Below, in pieces: positions 9,097 to 19,290 of a stretch of 41,474 nt of DNA. Below the pieces are notes generated by a model. It had not been told where the DNA came from and searched no databases. It worked only from the letters and a program-made list of their open reading frames with translations. The translations under genes were made by a program, and so were the position numbers. Position 1 is the stretch's first letter. Each line of letters begins with the position of its first letter. The DNA is from a virus (Duplodnaviria; Heunggongvirae; Uroviricota; Caudoviricetes), in IMG/VR virus record IMGVR_UViG_2734482774_000012, positions 1-41,474 of that record, one strand, 5' to 3'.

Positions 9097-9224
9097 ACGG
9101 ATAGTCCTGGTATTGTTCCATCACATCCTGAGGATGCTCTTCGAACTCTTCAAATTCTTCTTCCATATCTCACCTCAAATAAGTGGTTTGCTGCCTAATT
9201 TTATTTTCTGGCGACCAACACAAG

Positions 9225-9608
9225 TCACCTTGCTGTCAGTTGTTTTGATTTCCTGTAGCCTGCCGCGTAAAGAGCTACATTTGGAAGACATACACCAGTT
9301 TCTGGTTGCCTATGCCCAAACTCATTCGCGTACACAATGGCCGCTCTCTCCAGATTGCGTCTGTATTCTTTCTGTTGCCAGATCACGTCCTGTGCCATGA
9401 ACTTAATTGGCTTAGCGTCTTCTATGCGCTCAGGCGTTTCGTGAGTACCTTTAGCCTGAATCTGCGCTCTGCTTAGAGTAGGGCGGTGTAATACTTCTGA
9501 ACTTATTGCTTCTTCGCGGGCCAGTACGCCGTTAGCTAATGCCTTTGCCTTTAAACGCTCACGACGACGAGAACGTGAATTGCCTTTGAACTGAGTTCTG
9601 CGTGTCAT
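9225..9608 (-). CDS. N-type transcription antiterminator (P22 gene 24-like)
   Basis: Arginine-rich N-terminus (SRSRRRERLKAKA) and C-terminus LPNVALYAAGYRKSKQLTAR resemble P22 gp24 as I recall it; first gene downstream of pL/OL; strong RBS. Confidence 0.75.
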   Translation of the reverse strand: MTRRTQFKGNSRSRRRERLKAKALANGVLAREEAISSEVLHRPTLSRAQIQAKGTHETPERIEDAKPIKFMAQDVIWQQKEYRRNLERAAIVYANEFGHRQPETGVCLPNVALYAAGYRKSKQLTAR

Positions 9609-9773
9609 ATAGACCTCCTGATGAACTTTGGTGGTGTGGTAGGTGGGAGACCCATTTCGACCTGTTTCGGCCTACTTCAATTCGGCAATAGTCCCGCAGG
9701 CCTCGCCGCTTTACGTGCGACATATTCCCGTCCATGAACCCTTCACCACACCCCAAAGTTCACTTTGGTTATT

Positions 9774-9788
9774 GCGCTTTGTCAGCGC
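9774..9788 (-). promoter_or_regulatory. nutL boxB-like hairpin (P22 type)
   Basis: Minus-strand GCGCTGACAAAGCGC in the pL leader upstream of the N-like gene, matching the P22-type boxB stem-loop (recollection). Confidence 0.5.
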
Positions 9789-9858
9789 CGTAGATTCATA
9801 TTCGAATCGTTGTATATTCACCGCCCTGGTGAGTAGTGCGTCCTGCTGATGTGTTTAG

Positions 9859-9919
9859 TATCACCGCCAGTGGTATTTATGTCAACACCGCCAGAGATAA
9901 TTTATCACCGCAGATGGTT
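9859..9919. promoter_or_regulatory. Lambda-type left operators OL1, OL2, OL3 with pL
   Basis: Exact 17-mers TATCACCGCCAGTGGTA (9859..9875), CAACACCGCCAGAGATA (9883..9899), TATCACCGCAGATGGTT (9903..9919) match lambda OL1-3 as I recall them. Confidence 0.85.
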
Positions 9920-10075
9920 ATCTGTATGTTTTTTATATAGATTTATTTTTTTTGCAGGGGTGTGTGGCTTGGGAGGTGATCGAGAGATCTGAATTGCGAT
10001 GTTTAGTGAGTTGTATCTATTAATTTTCAAATAAATACAATTGGTTATGTGTTTTGGGGCGAACGTGAGGCAAAG

Positions 10076-10107
10076 AAAACCCGGCGCGGTGGCCGGGTTT
10101 ATTTATT
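10076..10107. terminator. Bidirectional intrinsic terminator at the end of the cI-side operon
   Basis: CCCGGC-GCGGTG-GCCGGG hairpin flanked by A-run and TTTATTTATT; the stop of the 216-aa gene lies in the T-tract. Confidence 0.6.
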
Positions 10108-10753
10108 GCTTAGGAGCTTGTTGTGATGACGATTGGTTAGTTGGAGCGCTCGTTAATGGTTGCTGTGTCGGTACCTGTATTATAATTGGAGCCGGGCTGG
10201 TTACTGATGGTGACTTGTCATTGCCGGAGATAATCCAACTTGAGGCTAACATCACGCCAGACAGAATCACAGTAACTAAAGTCAAGCCAACGGCCATCGC
10301 CCACTGAGTCGTTGTAAGTCCCGTTTTCAAACCGCCGATTTCACCTTTAATTTCAGCAATACCTCTCTCAATAGAAGAAAATTGCTGAGTATAATAGGTT
10401 TTAAAGTCAGCTGATTCGCGACGCATTTCCGCAGCAATAGACTCTACCTCTGATTTGTTTTGTGAAAGCTTTGCGTCAAGTTCTTCTCTGGACATTCCGC
10501 TCACGCTTACCTCCAGGGTATCACTCTTCATCGCTACATCTTCCTTACTTGGGCGCAAACCCGTTTCGTCCATGGCGTATGAAACTCTATTTGATACCTT
10601 AGCATCAATACCAATACTTTGGTACTGAGATGGATCCCCATAAGGAGAAACGGTTGTCGCTGCTAGGGTTGCACTAACTATAATACTTGGAAGAACTGAT
10701 GATGTTGTTCCTGAGGTAGGTTGAACTGAAGAAACTGGCTTCAGTCTTTCCAT
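10103..10753 (-). CDS. Unrecognised membrane-anchored protein (216 aa): S/T-rich N-terminus, coiled-coil-like centre, single TM, P/S/T/Q-rich tail
   Basis: ATG start; hydrophobic segment WAMAVGLTLVTVILSGVMLASSWII around residues 143-167; heptad-like central region; low-complexity tail; in rexB position of the cI operon. Confidence 0.6.
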   Translation of the reverse strand: MERLKPVSSVQPTSGTTSSVLPSIIVSATLAATTVSPYGDPSQYQSIGIDAKVSNRVSYAMDETGLRPSKEDVAMKSDTLEVSVSGMSREELDAKLSQNKSEVESIAAEMRRESADFKTYYTQQFSSIERGIAEIKGEIGGLKTGLTTTQWAMAVGLTLVTVILSGVMLASSWIISGNDKSPSVTSPAPIIIQVPTQQPLTSAPTNQSSSQQAPKQ

Positions 10754-11007
10754 AGCCCATTATCCCTGAGAGCTACCTGTAATGATTTTACTAATGCAAC
10801 AGCTTGATCCGGGCTCATTGAGACTGACATGTTAGGGGTCAACTCAACTTTTACTTGGAAGCTATTATTTCCTTGCTCATCAGACTGCATGTGATGCTCA
10901 AATTCATGGCGGTAAAAAGTAATGATTGTTTCAGCACGATCAGGCGTAATAAGAACTGATGTGGCGGTCATGTGCTGAGGTATGATTTTAATAGTGTTAT
11001 CTGACAT
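10741..11007 (-). CDS. Unrecognised soluble protein (88 aa) in the cI operon
   Basis: Internal ATG at 11007 has an AAAAAGGA RBS; the longest ORF (to 11148) has none. Stop overlaps the start of the 216-aa gene by 13 nt. Confidence 0.5.
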   Translation of the reverse strand: MSDNTIKIIPQHMTATSVLITPDRAETIITFYRHEFEHHMQSDEQGNNSFQVKVELTPNMSVSMSPDQAVALVKSLQVALRDNGLWKD

Positions 11008-11199
11008 AAGTATCCTTTTTGTTTCCTTAGTATTTTTTTGCATTGACATCAGAAATAGCGAATCCACAAGAGTATGAGTAAAGCTAATCAGTTTAGTGAT
11101 ACGGTGACTATTAAAGTGGTAAACCACATCAAAGCTCGCAGAGTGCATACCAGGCTGTCACACATGACAAAGTAACGAGGATGCCTGATCTCATAGCGC

Positions 11200-11355
11200 T
11201 CAAAGAGACATGCCGATAATGGCATTAACCACGCATGACGCCATAAACACGCCGCCAACGATGAAGCTGGCTTGGTTCTTCCTGGTAGCGCCAAGAGTCA
11301 ACAGAACCACTGAAAGGGCAAAAAAAGGTATCGCGATTATGCTGAACGTGTTCAT
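11200..11355 (-). CDS. Small hydrophobic protein (51 aa, two predicted TM helices)
   Basis: Manually translated MNTFSIIAIPFFALSVVLLTLGATRKNQASFIVGGVFMASCVVNAIIGMSL; GAGGT RBS; 77 nt downstream of the cI stop on the same strand. Confidence 0.45.
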   Translation of the reverse strand: MNTFSIIAIPFFALSVVLLTLGATRKNQASFIVGGVFMASCVVNAIIGMSL

Positions 11356-11432
11356 GTTGACCTCAACTTATTTCGATTCTCCATCACCCTTAATCCGCCG
11401 CCCCATGTGTTTGTTGTGATCCGTTGCTGGCC

Positions 11433-12149
<717 letters not shown>

Positions 12150-12156
12150 TTAAATC

Positions 12157-12220
12157 TATCACCGCAAGGGATAAATATCTAACACCGTGCGTGTTGACTA
12201 TTTTACCTCTAGCGGTGATA
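12157..12220. promoter_or_regulatory. Lambda-type right operators OR3, OR2, OR1 with divergent pRM/pR
   Basis: TATCACCGCAAGGGATA (12157..12173), TAACACCGTGCGTGTTG (12180..12196), TACCTCTAGCGGTGATA (12204..12220); pR -35 TTGACT and -10 GATAAT; OR1 differs at one base from the lambda sequence I remember. Confidence 0.85.
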
Positions 12221-12237
12221 ATGGTTGCATGTACTAA

Positions 12238-12447
<210 letters not shown>

Positions 12448-12452
12448 GTAAC

Positions 12453-12512
12453 ACCGCTCTTTTCACAATGGACATTCGTCCTACGTCGCTGACAAAGCGA
12501 GCCCCAAGATAT
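12453..12512 (+). promoter_or_regulatory. nutR-like site (boxA CGCTCTTTT plus boxB-like hairpin)
   Basis: CGCTCTTTT at about 12455 and TCGCTGACAAAGCGA hairpin at about 12497..12512, between cro and the cII-like gene. Confidence 0.45.
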
Positions 12513-12584
12513 CTGACCAACTAAGGCCATATGCGTTTCCACGCATACCTTTCAACTAACTATTCACTATTGGAAAATTAACAA

Positions 12585-12881
12585 ATGACACAAGCAAGTT
12601 ACAGCAAGCCAACACAGCGAGAAATTGATCGCGCAGAAACAGATTTACTCATCAACCTGTCAACGCTTACCCAGCGCGGTCTGGCAAAGATGATTGGCTG
12701 TCATGAATCGAAGATAAGCAGAACGGACTGGAGATTTATTGCTTCGGTCTTGTGTGCTTTCGGAATGGCATCAGACATCAGTCCGATTAGCAGGGCTTTT
12801 AAGTATGCATTGGATGAAATCACAAAGAAAAAATCCCCGGCTGCCACCGAGGATTTTAAGCAAATTGATATGCAATTCTGA
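12585..12881 (+). CDS. CII-like transcriptional activator (98 aa)
   Basis: Position after cro/nutR; C-terminus KKKSPAATEDFKQIDMQF parallels lambda CII NKKRPAATERSEQIQMEF; rest divergent. Confidence 0.65.
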   Translation: MTQASYSKPTQREIDRAETDLLINLSTLTQRGLAKMIGCHESKISRTDWRFIASVLCAFGMASDISPISRAFKYALDEITKKKSPAATEDFKQIDMQF

Positions 12882-12913
12882 GGGAATTACTGGATCAATC
12901 CACAGGAGTAATT

Positions 12914-13075
12914 ATGACAAAACGTCGTAAGAAATACCAGGAAAAAGAAGAGATTCGACACCCTGATTCACCTGAGGGATTAGTGGTAGCCGCAGCAAAT
13001 AACAGGGCGTTCGCAGAGCGCCTTGTTGGTGTTTACAGACTAGCCAAAGCAGGAGTGAAACATGGGCGTCGTTAA
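12914..13075 (+). CDS. Hypothetical small basic protein (53 aa)
   Basis: Manually translated MTKRRKKYQEKEEIRHPDSPEGLVVAAANNRAFAERLV...; AGGAG RBS; overlaps the start of the O-like gene by 14 nt. Confidence 0.3.
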   Translation: MTKRRKKYQEKEEIRHPDSPEGLVVAAANNRAFAERLVGVYRLAKAGVKHGRR

Positions 13076-13883
13076 GTTAGCTGATTACAGGCCTCAACTG
13101 GAGGTCGTGGAGCATCGCGTGGCAGATACCGAAGATGGTTTCATGCGCGTTGCTAACGAGATTACCGACAGTCTGCTGATGGCTGATTTAACCGTCCGGC
13201 AGTTGAAGGTGATGCTCGCTATCATGCGCAAGACATACGGATTCAATAAGCCGATGGATCGACTCACAAACACGCAGATAGCAGCCATGACAGGTATTCA
13301 TCACACTCATGTTTGCGCTGCCAAGCGCCAGCTTATTGAGCGTAAATTCCTCATTGCTGATGGCGTGAAAATCGGAGTGAACAAGGTGGTTTCTCAGTGG
13401 ATTAGCCAGGACAGCTTAACATTAGCTAAAACAGCTAATAAAACATTAGCCAAGTCGGCTAATGGGTATAAGCCAAGTCAGCTAAACACAAAAGACAATA
13501 TACAAAAGACAATAAATACAAATACCCCCTTACCCCCTAACGGGGGCGGCGATGGGCAGGTTAAACCTGAACGTCGCAAGGCAGAACGAATCGACTACGA
13601 ATCCTTCCTGAACGCCTACAACACCGAAGTCGGTGACAGACTTCCACACGCTGTTGCGGTCAACGAGAAACGAAAACGCCGCCTGAAGAAAATCATCCCG
13701 CAACTGAAAACGCCAAACGTGGACGGTTTCAGAGCGTATGTCAGGGCGTTTGTGCATCAGGCCAAGCCGTTTTACTTCGGAGACAACGACACGGGCTGGA
13801 CGGCAGATTTTGATTACCTGCTGAGGGAAGATTCGTTAACGGGAGTACGGGAAGGGAAGTTTGCAGACAGGGGGATTGCATGA
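13062..13883 (+). CDS. Replication initiator, lambda O-like N-terminal domain (273 aa)
   Basis: N-terminal [37 protein letters not shown] resembles the lambda O DNA-binding domain; iteron-like repeats inside the gene; followed by a helicase. Confidence 0.8.
   Translation: MGVVKLADYRPQLEVVEHRVADTEDGFMRVANEITDSLLMADLTVRQLKVMLAIMRKTYGFNKPMDRLTNTQIAAMTGIHHTHVCAAKRQLIERKFLIADGVKIGVNKVVSQWISQDSLTLAKTANKTLAKSANGYKPSQLNTKDNIQKTINTNTPLPPNGGGDGQVKPERRKAERIDYESFLNAYNTEVGDRLPHAVAVNEKRKRRLKKIIPQLKTPNVDGFRAYVRAFVHQAKPFYFGDNDTGWTADFDYLLREDSLTGVREGKFADRGIA
13420..13540. repeat. Origin-like iterons plus A/T-rich tract inside the O-like gene
   Basis: Repeated units around TAGCCAAGTC(G/A)GCTAA and ACATTAGC(T/C)AA, followed by the A-rich stretch AAAAGACAATATACAAAAGACAATAAATACAAATAC. 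Confidence 0.45.
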
Positions 13884-15256
13884 GACAGGATATCGAAGCG
13901 AGCGTTATCGGTGGCCTGCTGATTGGTGGATTAACACCAACCGCCAGTGACGTTCTGGCAACGCTTGAGCCGGAAGCGTTTTCAATTCCGCTCTACCGGA
14001 AAGCCTTCGAGGTTATCCGCAAGCAGGCGCGAAACAGAAACCTAATCGACGCGCTGATGGTTGCCGAGGCGTGCGGAGAGGAGCATTTCACGTCAATCCT
14101 GATGACCAGCAAAAACTGCCCGAGTGCCGCAAACCTGAAGGGATATGCCGGAATGGTCGCGGATAACTATCACCGCCGTCTGGTGCTGGAAATCATGGAT
14201 GAAATGCGTGAACCAATTCAGAGCGGAACCATCGACGCATCGAGTCAGGCGATGGATGAACTTGTAAAGCGTCTTTCAGCCATCAGAAAGCCCCGTGACG
14301 AGGTTAAACCTGTACGGTTAGGGGAAATCATCACTGACTACACTGACACGCTTGACAGGCGTCTGAGGAACGGAGAAGAGTCAGATACCCTGAAGACCGG
14401 AATCGAAGAACTTGATGTCATCACCGGAGGGATGAACTCGGAAGACCTGGTGATTATCGCTGCTCGTCCGGGTATGGGGAAAACCGAGCTGGCGCTGAAG
14501 ATTGCCGAAGGCGTTGCAAGCCGCGTTATTCCTGGTTCTGACGTCCGGCGCGGAGTGTTGATTTTCTCGATGGAAATGAGCGCATTGCAGATCGCAGAGC
14601 GAAGCATTGCCAACGCCGGGAGGATGTCGGTTAGCGTACTGCGAAATCCTGCATCGATGGATGACGAAGGCTGGGCGCGTGTTGCTAACGGCATGAGTCA
14701 GCTTGCAGATTTGGATGTATGGGTAGTCGATGCCTCGCGGTTATCGGTCGAAGAAATACGCTCAATCGCAGAACGGCACAAACAGGAAAATCCAAACCTC
14801 TCACTCATCATGGTGGATTATCTTGGCCTGATTGAGAAGCCGAAAGCAGACCGCAACGACCTCGCAATTGCTCACATCTCCGGAAGCCTGAAGGCGATGG
14901 CGAAAGACCTGAAAACGCCTGTTATCTCCCTGAGTCAGCTTTCGCGCGATGTTGAGAAGCGACCAAACAAACGCCCGACAAACGCAGATTTGCGTGATTC
15001 AGGAAGCATTGAACAGGACGCAGACTCAATCATCATGCTCTATCGGGAAGCGGTATATGACGAGAACAGTAGCGCCGCGCCATTTGCTGAAATCATCGTG
15101 ACGAAAAACCGTTTTGGCTCACTTGGTACGGTTTATCAGCGGTTCTGCAACGGACACTTTGTTGCATGTGACCAGGATGAAGCCAGACAGATTTGCACAG
15201 CATCAAATGCACCTGCTGCACGTGGCAGACGATATGCACAAGGGGCTGACGTATGA
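13880..15256 (+). CDS. DnaB-family replicative helicase (P22 gene 12-like, 458 aa)
   Basis: Walker [16 protein letters not shown], DnaB-type N-terminal domain and C-terminal RecA-like core motifs; ATGA overlap with the O-like gene. Confidence 0.9.
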   Translation: MRQDIEASVIGGLLIGGLTPTASDVLATLEPEAFSIPLYRKAFEVIRKQARNRNLIDALMVAEACGEEHFTSILMTSKNCPSAANLKGYAGMVADNYHRRLVLEIMDEMREPIQSGTIDASSQAMDELVKRLSAIRKPRDEVKPVRLGEIITDYTDTLDRRLRNGEESDTLKTGIEELDVITGGMNSEDLVIIAARPGMGKTELALKIAEGVASRVIPGSDVRRGVLIFSMEMSALQIAERSIANAGRMSVSVLRNPASMDDEGWARVANGMSQLADLDVWVVDASRLSVEEIRSIAERHKQENPNLSLIMVDYLGLIEKPKADRNDLAIAHISGSLKAMAKDLKTPVISLSQLSRDVEKRPNKRPTNADLRDSGSIEQDADSIIMLYREAVYDENSSAAPFAEIIVTKNRFGSLGTVYQRFCNGHFVACDQDEARQICTASNAPAARGRRYAQGADV

Positions 15257-15281
15257 CCATCTACATCACTGAGCTTGTAAC

Positions 15282-15313
15282 AGGCCTGCTGGTAATCGCA
15301 GGCCTTTTTATTT
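15282..15313 (+). terminator. Intrinsic terminator (lambda tR2-like)
   Basis: AGGCCTGC-TGGTAATC-GCAGGCCT hairpin followed by TTTTTATTT, just after the helicase gene. Confidence 0.6.
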
Positions 15314-15328
15314 GGGGGAGAGGGAAGT

Positions 15329-15655
15329 GTGGCTGACTGGCAAATTCCAATCATCATTCTTTCCGGAGCTTCGCTGGTTGCTGGCTTTATCCTGCTGAAA
15401 AAGCATAAAGACCGTGATCAAAAAGTCGAAGTTCTCTATGGGTATCCAGCGAACAGCACAACATGGCTGACCATTTACCACTACCGAAAATCAGGCCGCT
15501 GGGTATTCGAATGGGATGATCTGTTCGCTGAAAAGCGACCAAAGTCATGGGGAGACATCAGCGAATGCATGATGTTTGAAGAAAGAAAATCTGGCGCAAC
15601 CCGAGAAGAGTTTAACGAAGCGTGGGCGCGATTAAGTGAGAGAGGGTATTTGTGA
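15329..15655 (+). CDS. Hypothetical protein with N-terminal TM helix (108 aa)
   Basis: GTG start with G-rich RBS; hydrophobic IPIIILSGASLVAGFILL near the N-terminus. Confidence 0.45.
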   Translation: MADWQIPIIILSGASLVAGFILLKKHKDRDQKVEVLYGYPANSTTWLTIYHYRKSGRWVFEWDDLFAEKRPKSWGDISECMMFEERKSGATREEFNEAWARLSERGYL

Positions 15656-15852
15656 GCAAGTACGAAAAATTAGATCAAAACATTCTTTCAATGCTGAGTG
15701 AAAGACCAACACCTGTTTTTGATATCTGGCTTAAATGGCGGAGCAATGGAATGTATATCGAAACCATCGATCGCCGTATGCAATACCTGAGAAAGAAAGG
15801 GCTTGTTGCAAATGTGCGTGGGAAGGGTTGGGTGAAAATTAACCTGTCATAA
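15652..15852 (+). CDS. Hypothetical small protein (66 aa)
   Basis: GTG start overlapping the upstream stop (GTGA). Confidence 0.4.
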   Translation: MSKYEKLDQNILSMLSERPTPVFDIWLKWRSNGMYIETIDRRMQYLRKKGLVANVRGKGWVKINLS

Positions 15853-15863
15853 CGGGGATTGAT

Positions 15864-16130
15864 ATGGACGAATCAAGAAAGCAGTTTGAAGAATGGTTTG
15901 AAAATTACACCGGATGTGATCCTAAAAATAAAATATACGCCAATATGGTTGAGATGTATTGGCAAGCGTGGCAGGCATCGCGAGCAGCTATCGAGATTGA
16001 GTGTCCTGGAAAAAGAGAGCGTGAGGCATTTTCTACCGATTTCGAGGATGGGGTCACATTTGGTTATAACGACGCAATTAGTGAATGCGAAGGACGGATT
16101 CGCGCTGCTGGAGTCAAAGTGAAGGAGTAA
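15864..16130 (+). CDS. Hypothetical protein (88 aa)
   Basis: ATG-initiated ORF immediately upstream of ninB. Confidence 0.5.
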   Translation: MDESRKQFEEWFENYTGCDPKNKIYANMVEMYWQAWQASRAAIEIECPGKREREAFSTDFEDGVTFGYNDAISECEGRIRAAGVKVKE

Positions 16131-16132
16131 CG

Positions 16133-16543
16133 ATGAAGCAAACAATCTTCCTCCGAAGTAAGCAACAACAGCAAGCCGCAATAAATGCCATCCTCTCAAC
16201 TCCTCTCGATAAAGACAAGCCAGTCACCATCCGCATTACTGACTACAAGCGCAACCTTGACCAGAACGCAAAATTTCACGCGATGGTCGCAGATATCGCT
16301 AGGCAAGTTCAGTGGCGCGATAAATGGTTAAAACCAGAACAATGGAAGGTTTTGTTGATCAGCGGTCATGCAGTGGCAACAAAACAGGAAGCTGATGTTT
16401 TGCCCGGCCTTGAAGGCGAATACGTCAACATTCGCGAAAGCAGCGCGCAGATGAGCGTGAAGCGTATGGCAAGTCTGATTGAGTACACGACAGCATGGGC
16501 TATTGGTCAGGGTGTCAGATTTACCGACAGGAGGTACGAATGA
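16133..16543 (+). CDS. ninB: NinB recombination protein
   Basis: Start at internal ATG with AAGGAG RBS; similar to lambda NinB (…LDQN.K…W…W, recollection). Confidence 0.8.
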   Translation: MKQTIFLRSKQQQQAAINAILSTPLDKDKPVTIRITDYKRNLDQNAKFHAMVADIARQVQWRDKWLKPEQWKVLLISGHAVATKQEADVLPGLEGEYVNIRESSAQMSVKRMASLIEYTTAWAIGQGVRFTDRRYE

Positions 16544-16716
16544 GACGACAGCGACGAAGTTTCACCGACATAATCTGCGAAAACTGCAAATACCTTCCAA
16601 CGAAACGCTCCAGAAATAAACGCAAGCCAATCCCAAAAGAATCTGACGTAAAAACCTTCAATTACACGGCTCACCTGTGGGATATCCGGTGGCTTAGAGA
16701 ACGTGCGAGGAAATGA
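16540..16716 (+). CDS. ninE: NinE
   Basis: [52 protein letters not shown] closely matches lambda NinE as I recall it; ATGA overlap with ninB. Confidence 0.75.
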   Translation: MRRQRRSFTDIICENCKYLPTKRSRNKRKPIPKESDVKTFNYTAHLWDIRWLRERARK

Positions 16717-17093
16717 CAATGGATTATTCACAGTTAAGTGATTTTGAAATTAACTTAAAAGTCGCGCATATCGTGTTAGGAAAAAACAATTACGACTGGG
16801 ATCCAGAAAAGAAAGAAGTTTACTTGGCTGGAATTGATGGTGGTGAGTTTTTGCCTTGCGGATATTTCGACCCATGTAATATGGCTGCTGACGCATATCC
16901 GATCATCACTGAAAACAAAATTAGCACCATGTGGATGACAGCGGAAAAAGAATGGTGCGCATGGTCAGGAGGTGATTTAGAGGAAGGTTGTTGGGAATGG
17001 GAAAATATTCCTGACTACTGCTTCTGCGGTGAGTCGCCTCTCCGCGCCGCCATGATTGTCTTTCTCATGATGCAGGACGCCAATAATGCTTAG
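16713..17093 (+). CDS. Hypothetical nin-region protein (126 aa), possibly DUF2591-like
   Basis: ORF between ninE and ninF; family assignment is a weak recollection. Confidence 0.5.
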   Translation: MTMDYSQLSDFEINLKVAHIVLGKNNYDWDPEKKEVYLAGIDGGEFLPCGYFDPCNMAADAYPIITENKISTMWMTAEKEWCAWSGGDLEEGCWEWENIPDYCFCGESPLRAAMIVFLMMQDANNA

Positions 17094-17262
17094 CCCATCC
17101 CAATCCCTTCAATACCAGAAAGAAAGCGTCGAGCGAGCTTTAACGTGCGCTAACTGCGGTCAGAAGCTGCATGTGCTGGAAGTTCACGTGTGTGAGCACT
17201 GTTGCGCAGAACTGATGAGCGATCCGAATAGCTCAATGTACGAGGAAGAATACGATGGCTAA
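17086..17262 (+). CDS. ninF: NinF (58 aa)
   Basis: Manually translated [49 protein letters not shown]... matches lambda NinF as I recall it. Confidence 0.75.
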   Translation: MLSPSQSLQYQKESVERALTCANCGQKLHVLEVHVCEHCCAELMSDPNSSMYEEEYDG

Positions 17263-17866
17263 ACCAGCGCGAAGACGATGTAAAAACGAAGAATGTCGGG
17301 AATGGTTTCATCCTGCATTCGCTAATCAGTGGTGGTGCTCTCCAGAGTGTGGAACCAAGATAGCACTCGAACGACGAAGCAAAGAACGCGAAAAAGCGGA
17401 AAAAGCAGCAGAGAAGAAACGACGACGAGAGGAGCAGAAACAGAAAGATAAACTTAAGATTCGAAAACTCGCCTTAAAGCCCCGCAGTTACTGGATTAAA
17501 CAAGCCCAACAAGCCGTAAACGCCTTCATCAGAGAAAGAGACCGCGACTTACCATGTATCTCGTGCGGAGCGCTCACGTCTGCTCAGTGGGATGCCGGGC
17601 ATTACCGGACAACTGCTGCGGCGCCTCAACTCCGATTTGATGAACGCAATATTCACAAGCAATGCGTGGTGTGCAACCAGCACAAAAGCGGAAATCTCGT
17701 TCCGTATCGCGTCGAACTGATTAGCCGCATCGGGCAGGAAGCAGTAGACGAAATCGAATCAAACCATAACCGCCATCGCTGGACTATCGAAGAGTGCAAG
17801 GCGATCAAGGCAGAGTACCAACGGAAACTCAAAGACCTGCGAAATAGCAGAAGTGAGGCCGCATGA
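17255..17866 (+). CDS. ninG: NinG / Rap recombination protein
   Basis: [50 protein letters not shown]... nearly identical to lambda NinG as I recall it. Confidence 0.9.
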   Translation: MAKPARRRCKNEECREWFHPAFANQWWCSPECGTKIALERRSKEREKAEKAAEKKRRREEQKQKDKLKIRKLALKPRSYWIKQAQQAVNAFIRERDRDLPCISCGALTSAQWDAGHYRTTAAAPQLRFDERNIHKQCVVCNQHKSGNLVPYRVELISRIGQEAVDEIESNHNRHRWTIEECKAIKAEYQRKLKDLRNSRSEAA

Positions 17867-18069
17867 CGTTCTCAGTAAAAACCATTCCAGACATGCTCGT
17901 TGAAGCATACGGAAACCAGACAGAAGTAGCACGCAGACTGAAATGTAGTCGCGGCACGGTCAGAAAATACGTTGATGATAAAGACGGGAAAATGCACGCC
18001 ATCGTCAACGACGTTCTTATGGTTCATCGCGGATGGAGTGAAAGAGATGCGCTATTACGAAAGAATTGA
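17863..18069 (+). CDS. ninH: NinH
   Basis: [39 protein letters not shown]... matches lambda NinH. Confidence 0.8.
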   Translation: MTFSVKTIPDMLVEAYGNQTEVARRLKCSRGTVRKYVDDKDGKMHAIVNDVLMVHRGWSERDALLRKN

Positions 18070-18718
18070 TGGCAGCAAATACCGAAATATTTGGGTAGTT
18101 GGCGATCTGCACGGATGCTACACGAACCTGATGAAAAAACTGGAGACGATAGGATTCGACACCAAAAAAGACCTGCTTATTTCGGTTGGCGATTTGGTCG
18201 ATCGCGGTACAGAGAACGTCGAATGTCTGGAATTAATCACATTCCCCTGGTTCCGAGCTGTACGTGGAAACCATGAGCAAATGATGATTGATGGCTTATC
18301 AGAGCGTGGAAACGTCAATCACTGGCTGCTTAATGGCGGTGGCTGGTTCTTTAATCTCGATTACGACAAAGAAATTCTGGCTAAAGCTCTTGCCCATAAA
18401 GCAGAAGAACTTCCGTTAATCATCGAACTGGTGAGCAAAGATAAAAAATATGTTATCTGCCACGCCGATTATCCCTTTGACGAATACGAGTTTGGAAAGC
18501 CAGTTGATCATCAGCAGGTAATCTGGAACCGCGAACGAATCAGCAACTCACAAGACGGGATCGTAAAAGAAATCAAAGGAGCGGACACGTTCATCTTTGG
18601 TCATACGCCAGCAGTGAAACCACTCAAGTTTGCCAACCAGATGTATATCGATACCGGCGCAGTGTTCTGCGGAAACCTCACATTGATCCAGGTACAGGGA
18701 GAAGGCGCGTGGGCATAA
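18047..18718 (+). CDS. Ser/Thr protein phosphatase (lambda NinI-type, about 223 aa)
   Basis: Metallophosphatase motifs GDLHG, GDLVDRG, GNHE; start placed at the internal ATG (MRYYERIDG) with GGAG RBS. Confidence 0.85.
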   Translation: MRYYERIDGSKYRNIWVVGDLHGCYTNLMKKLETIGFDTKKDLLISVGDLVDRGTENVECLELITFPWFRAVRGNHEQMMIDGLSERGNVNHWLLNGGGWFFNLDYDKEILAKALAHKAEELPLIIELVSKDKKYVICHADYPFDEYEFGKPVDHQQVIWNRERISNSQDGIVKEIKGADTFIFGHTPAVKPLKFANQMYIDTGAVFCGNLTLIQVQGEGAWA

Positions 18719-19227
18719 GAGAACTAAACCTCACCAAAGAACAGCATGAGTGGCTGAATGGCTGGCTTGAACTGTGGGGCGCATGGGTTTATTCAGGTCG
18801 TCTGGAAAAGCGCATGAGCAGCGTAATAGCGAAGTTCATGGAGAGCGTAGAGCCGGGAAGAGTTATGACAAGGCCAATGTGCAATGATGATGATGGAATG
18901 TTGATTTCTCAGGTCGTCGATTCCGTCATGTACATTGACAAGAAAGCCTTTGGCATCCTCCTCAGCTACTACGCTCATGGTTCATCTAAGCGAGCAATTG
19001 CATCCTACTATCACGCGACTGCAAAGCCACGCAAGATGTGTGGACGTGGTGGCGAGGGATGGAGAAAACCTTCACTGGCAACCTGTAGAAACGAAATTGA
19101 CGACATCCTGAAAGCGTCGTTATTTGTTTTGTACCAGCCAATGCAAAATGCTTTCAAAATGCGTAAACGTGTTGAGAAAGTTAAGCATGTTGCTGTTAAA
19201 AGCCTTGACATGCAATTATCCATTTAG
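18709..19227 (+). CDS. Late-gene antiterminator Q-like protein (quuD / phage 82 type)
   Basis: Position between nin and lysis genes; motifs ELWGAW, [10 protein letters not shown], [15 protein letters not shown] resemble Q-like antiterminators of E. coli prophages (recollection); apparent GTG start. Confidence 0.6.
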   Translation: MGIRELNLTKEQHEWLNGWLELWGAWVYSGRLEKRMSSVIAKFMESVEPGRVMTRPMCNDDDGMLISQVVDSVMYIDKKAFGILLSYYAHGSSKRAIASYYHATAKPRKMCGRGGEGWRKPSLATCRNEIDDILKASLFVLYQPMQNAFKMRKRVEKVKHVAVKSLDMQLSI

Positions 19228-19244
19228 CCATAATTAGAAGGTAA

Positions 19245-19287
19245 GCTGCCGTTAGTGACTCTTAAGTTGCAACGGTGGCTTTTTTTA
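19245..19287 (+). terminator. Intrinsic terminator candidate downstream of Q
   Basis: Imperfect 9-bp stem (GCTGCCGTT / AACGGTGGC, two G-U pairs, large loop) followed by TTTTTTT. Confidence 0.35.
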
Positions 19288-19290
19288 TTT

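Noticed and set aside
9096-9170. Tiny acidic 28-aa ORF (MEEEFEEFEEHPQDVMEQYQDYPYDYDY) with GAGGTG RBS upstream of the 66-aa gene
   Set aside because: Too short and low-complexity to call with confidence; noted in case of conservation.
10741-11148. Full 135-aa extent of the ORF in the cI-side cassette
   Set aside because: The ATG at 11148 has no RBS and the first ~47 codons are low-complexity; internal start at 11007 preferred, though the longer form cannot be excluded.
11088-11419. ORFs 11088..11294 (-) and 11210..11419 (+) downstream of cI
   Set aside because: Both overlap the better-supported 51-aa hydrophobic ORF (11200..11355, with RBS); the plus-strand one is antisense to the cI operon.
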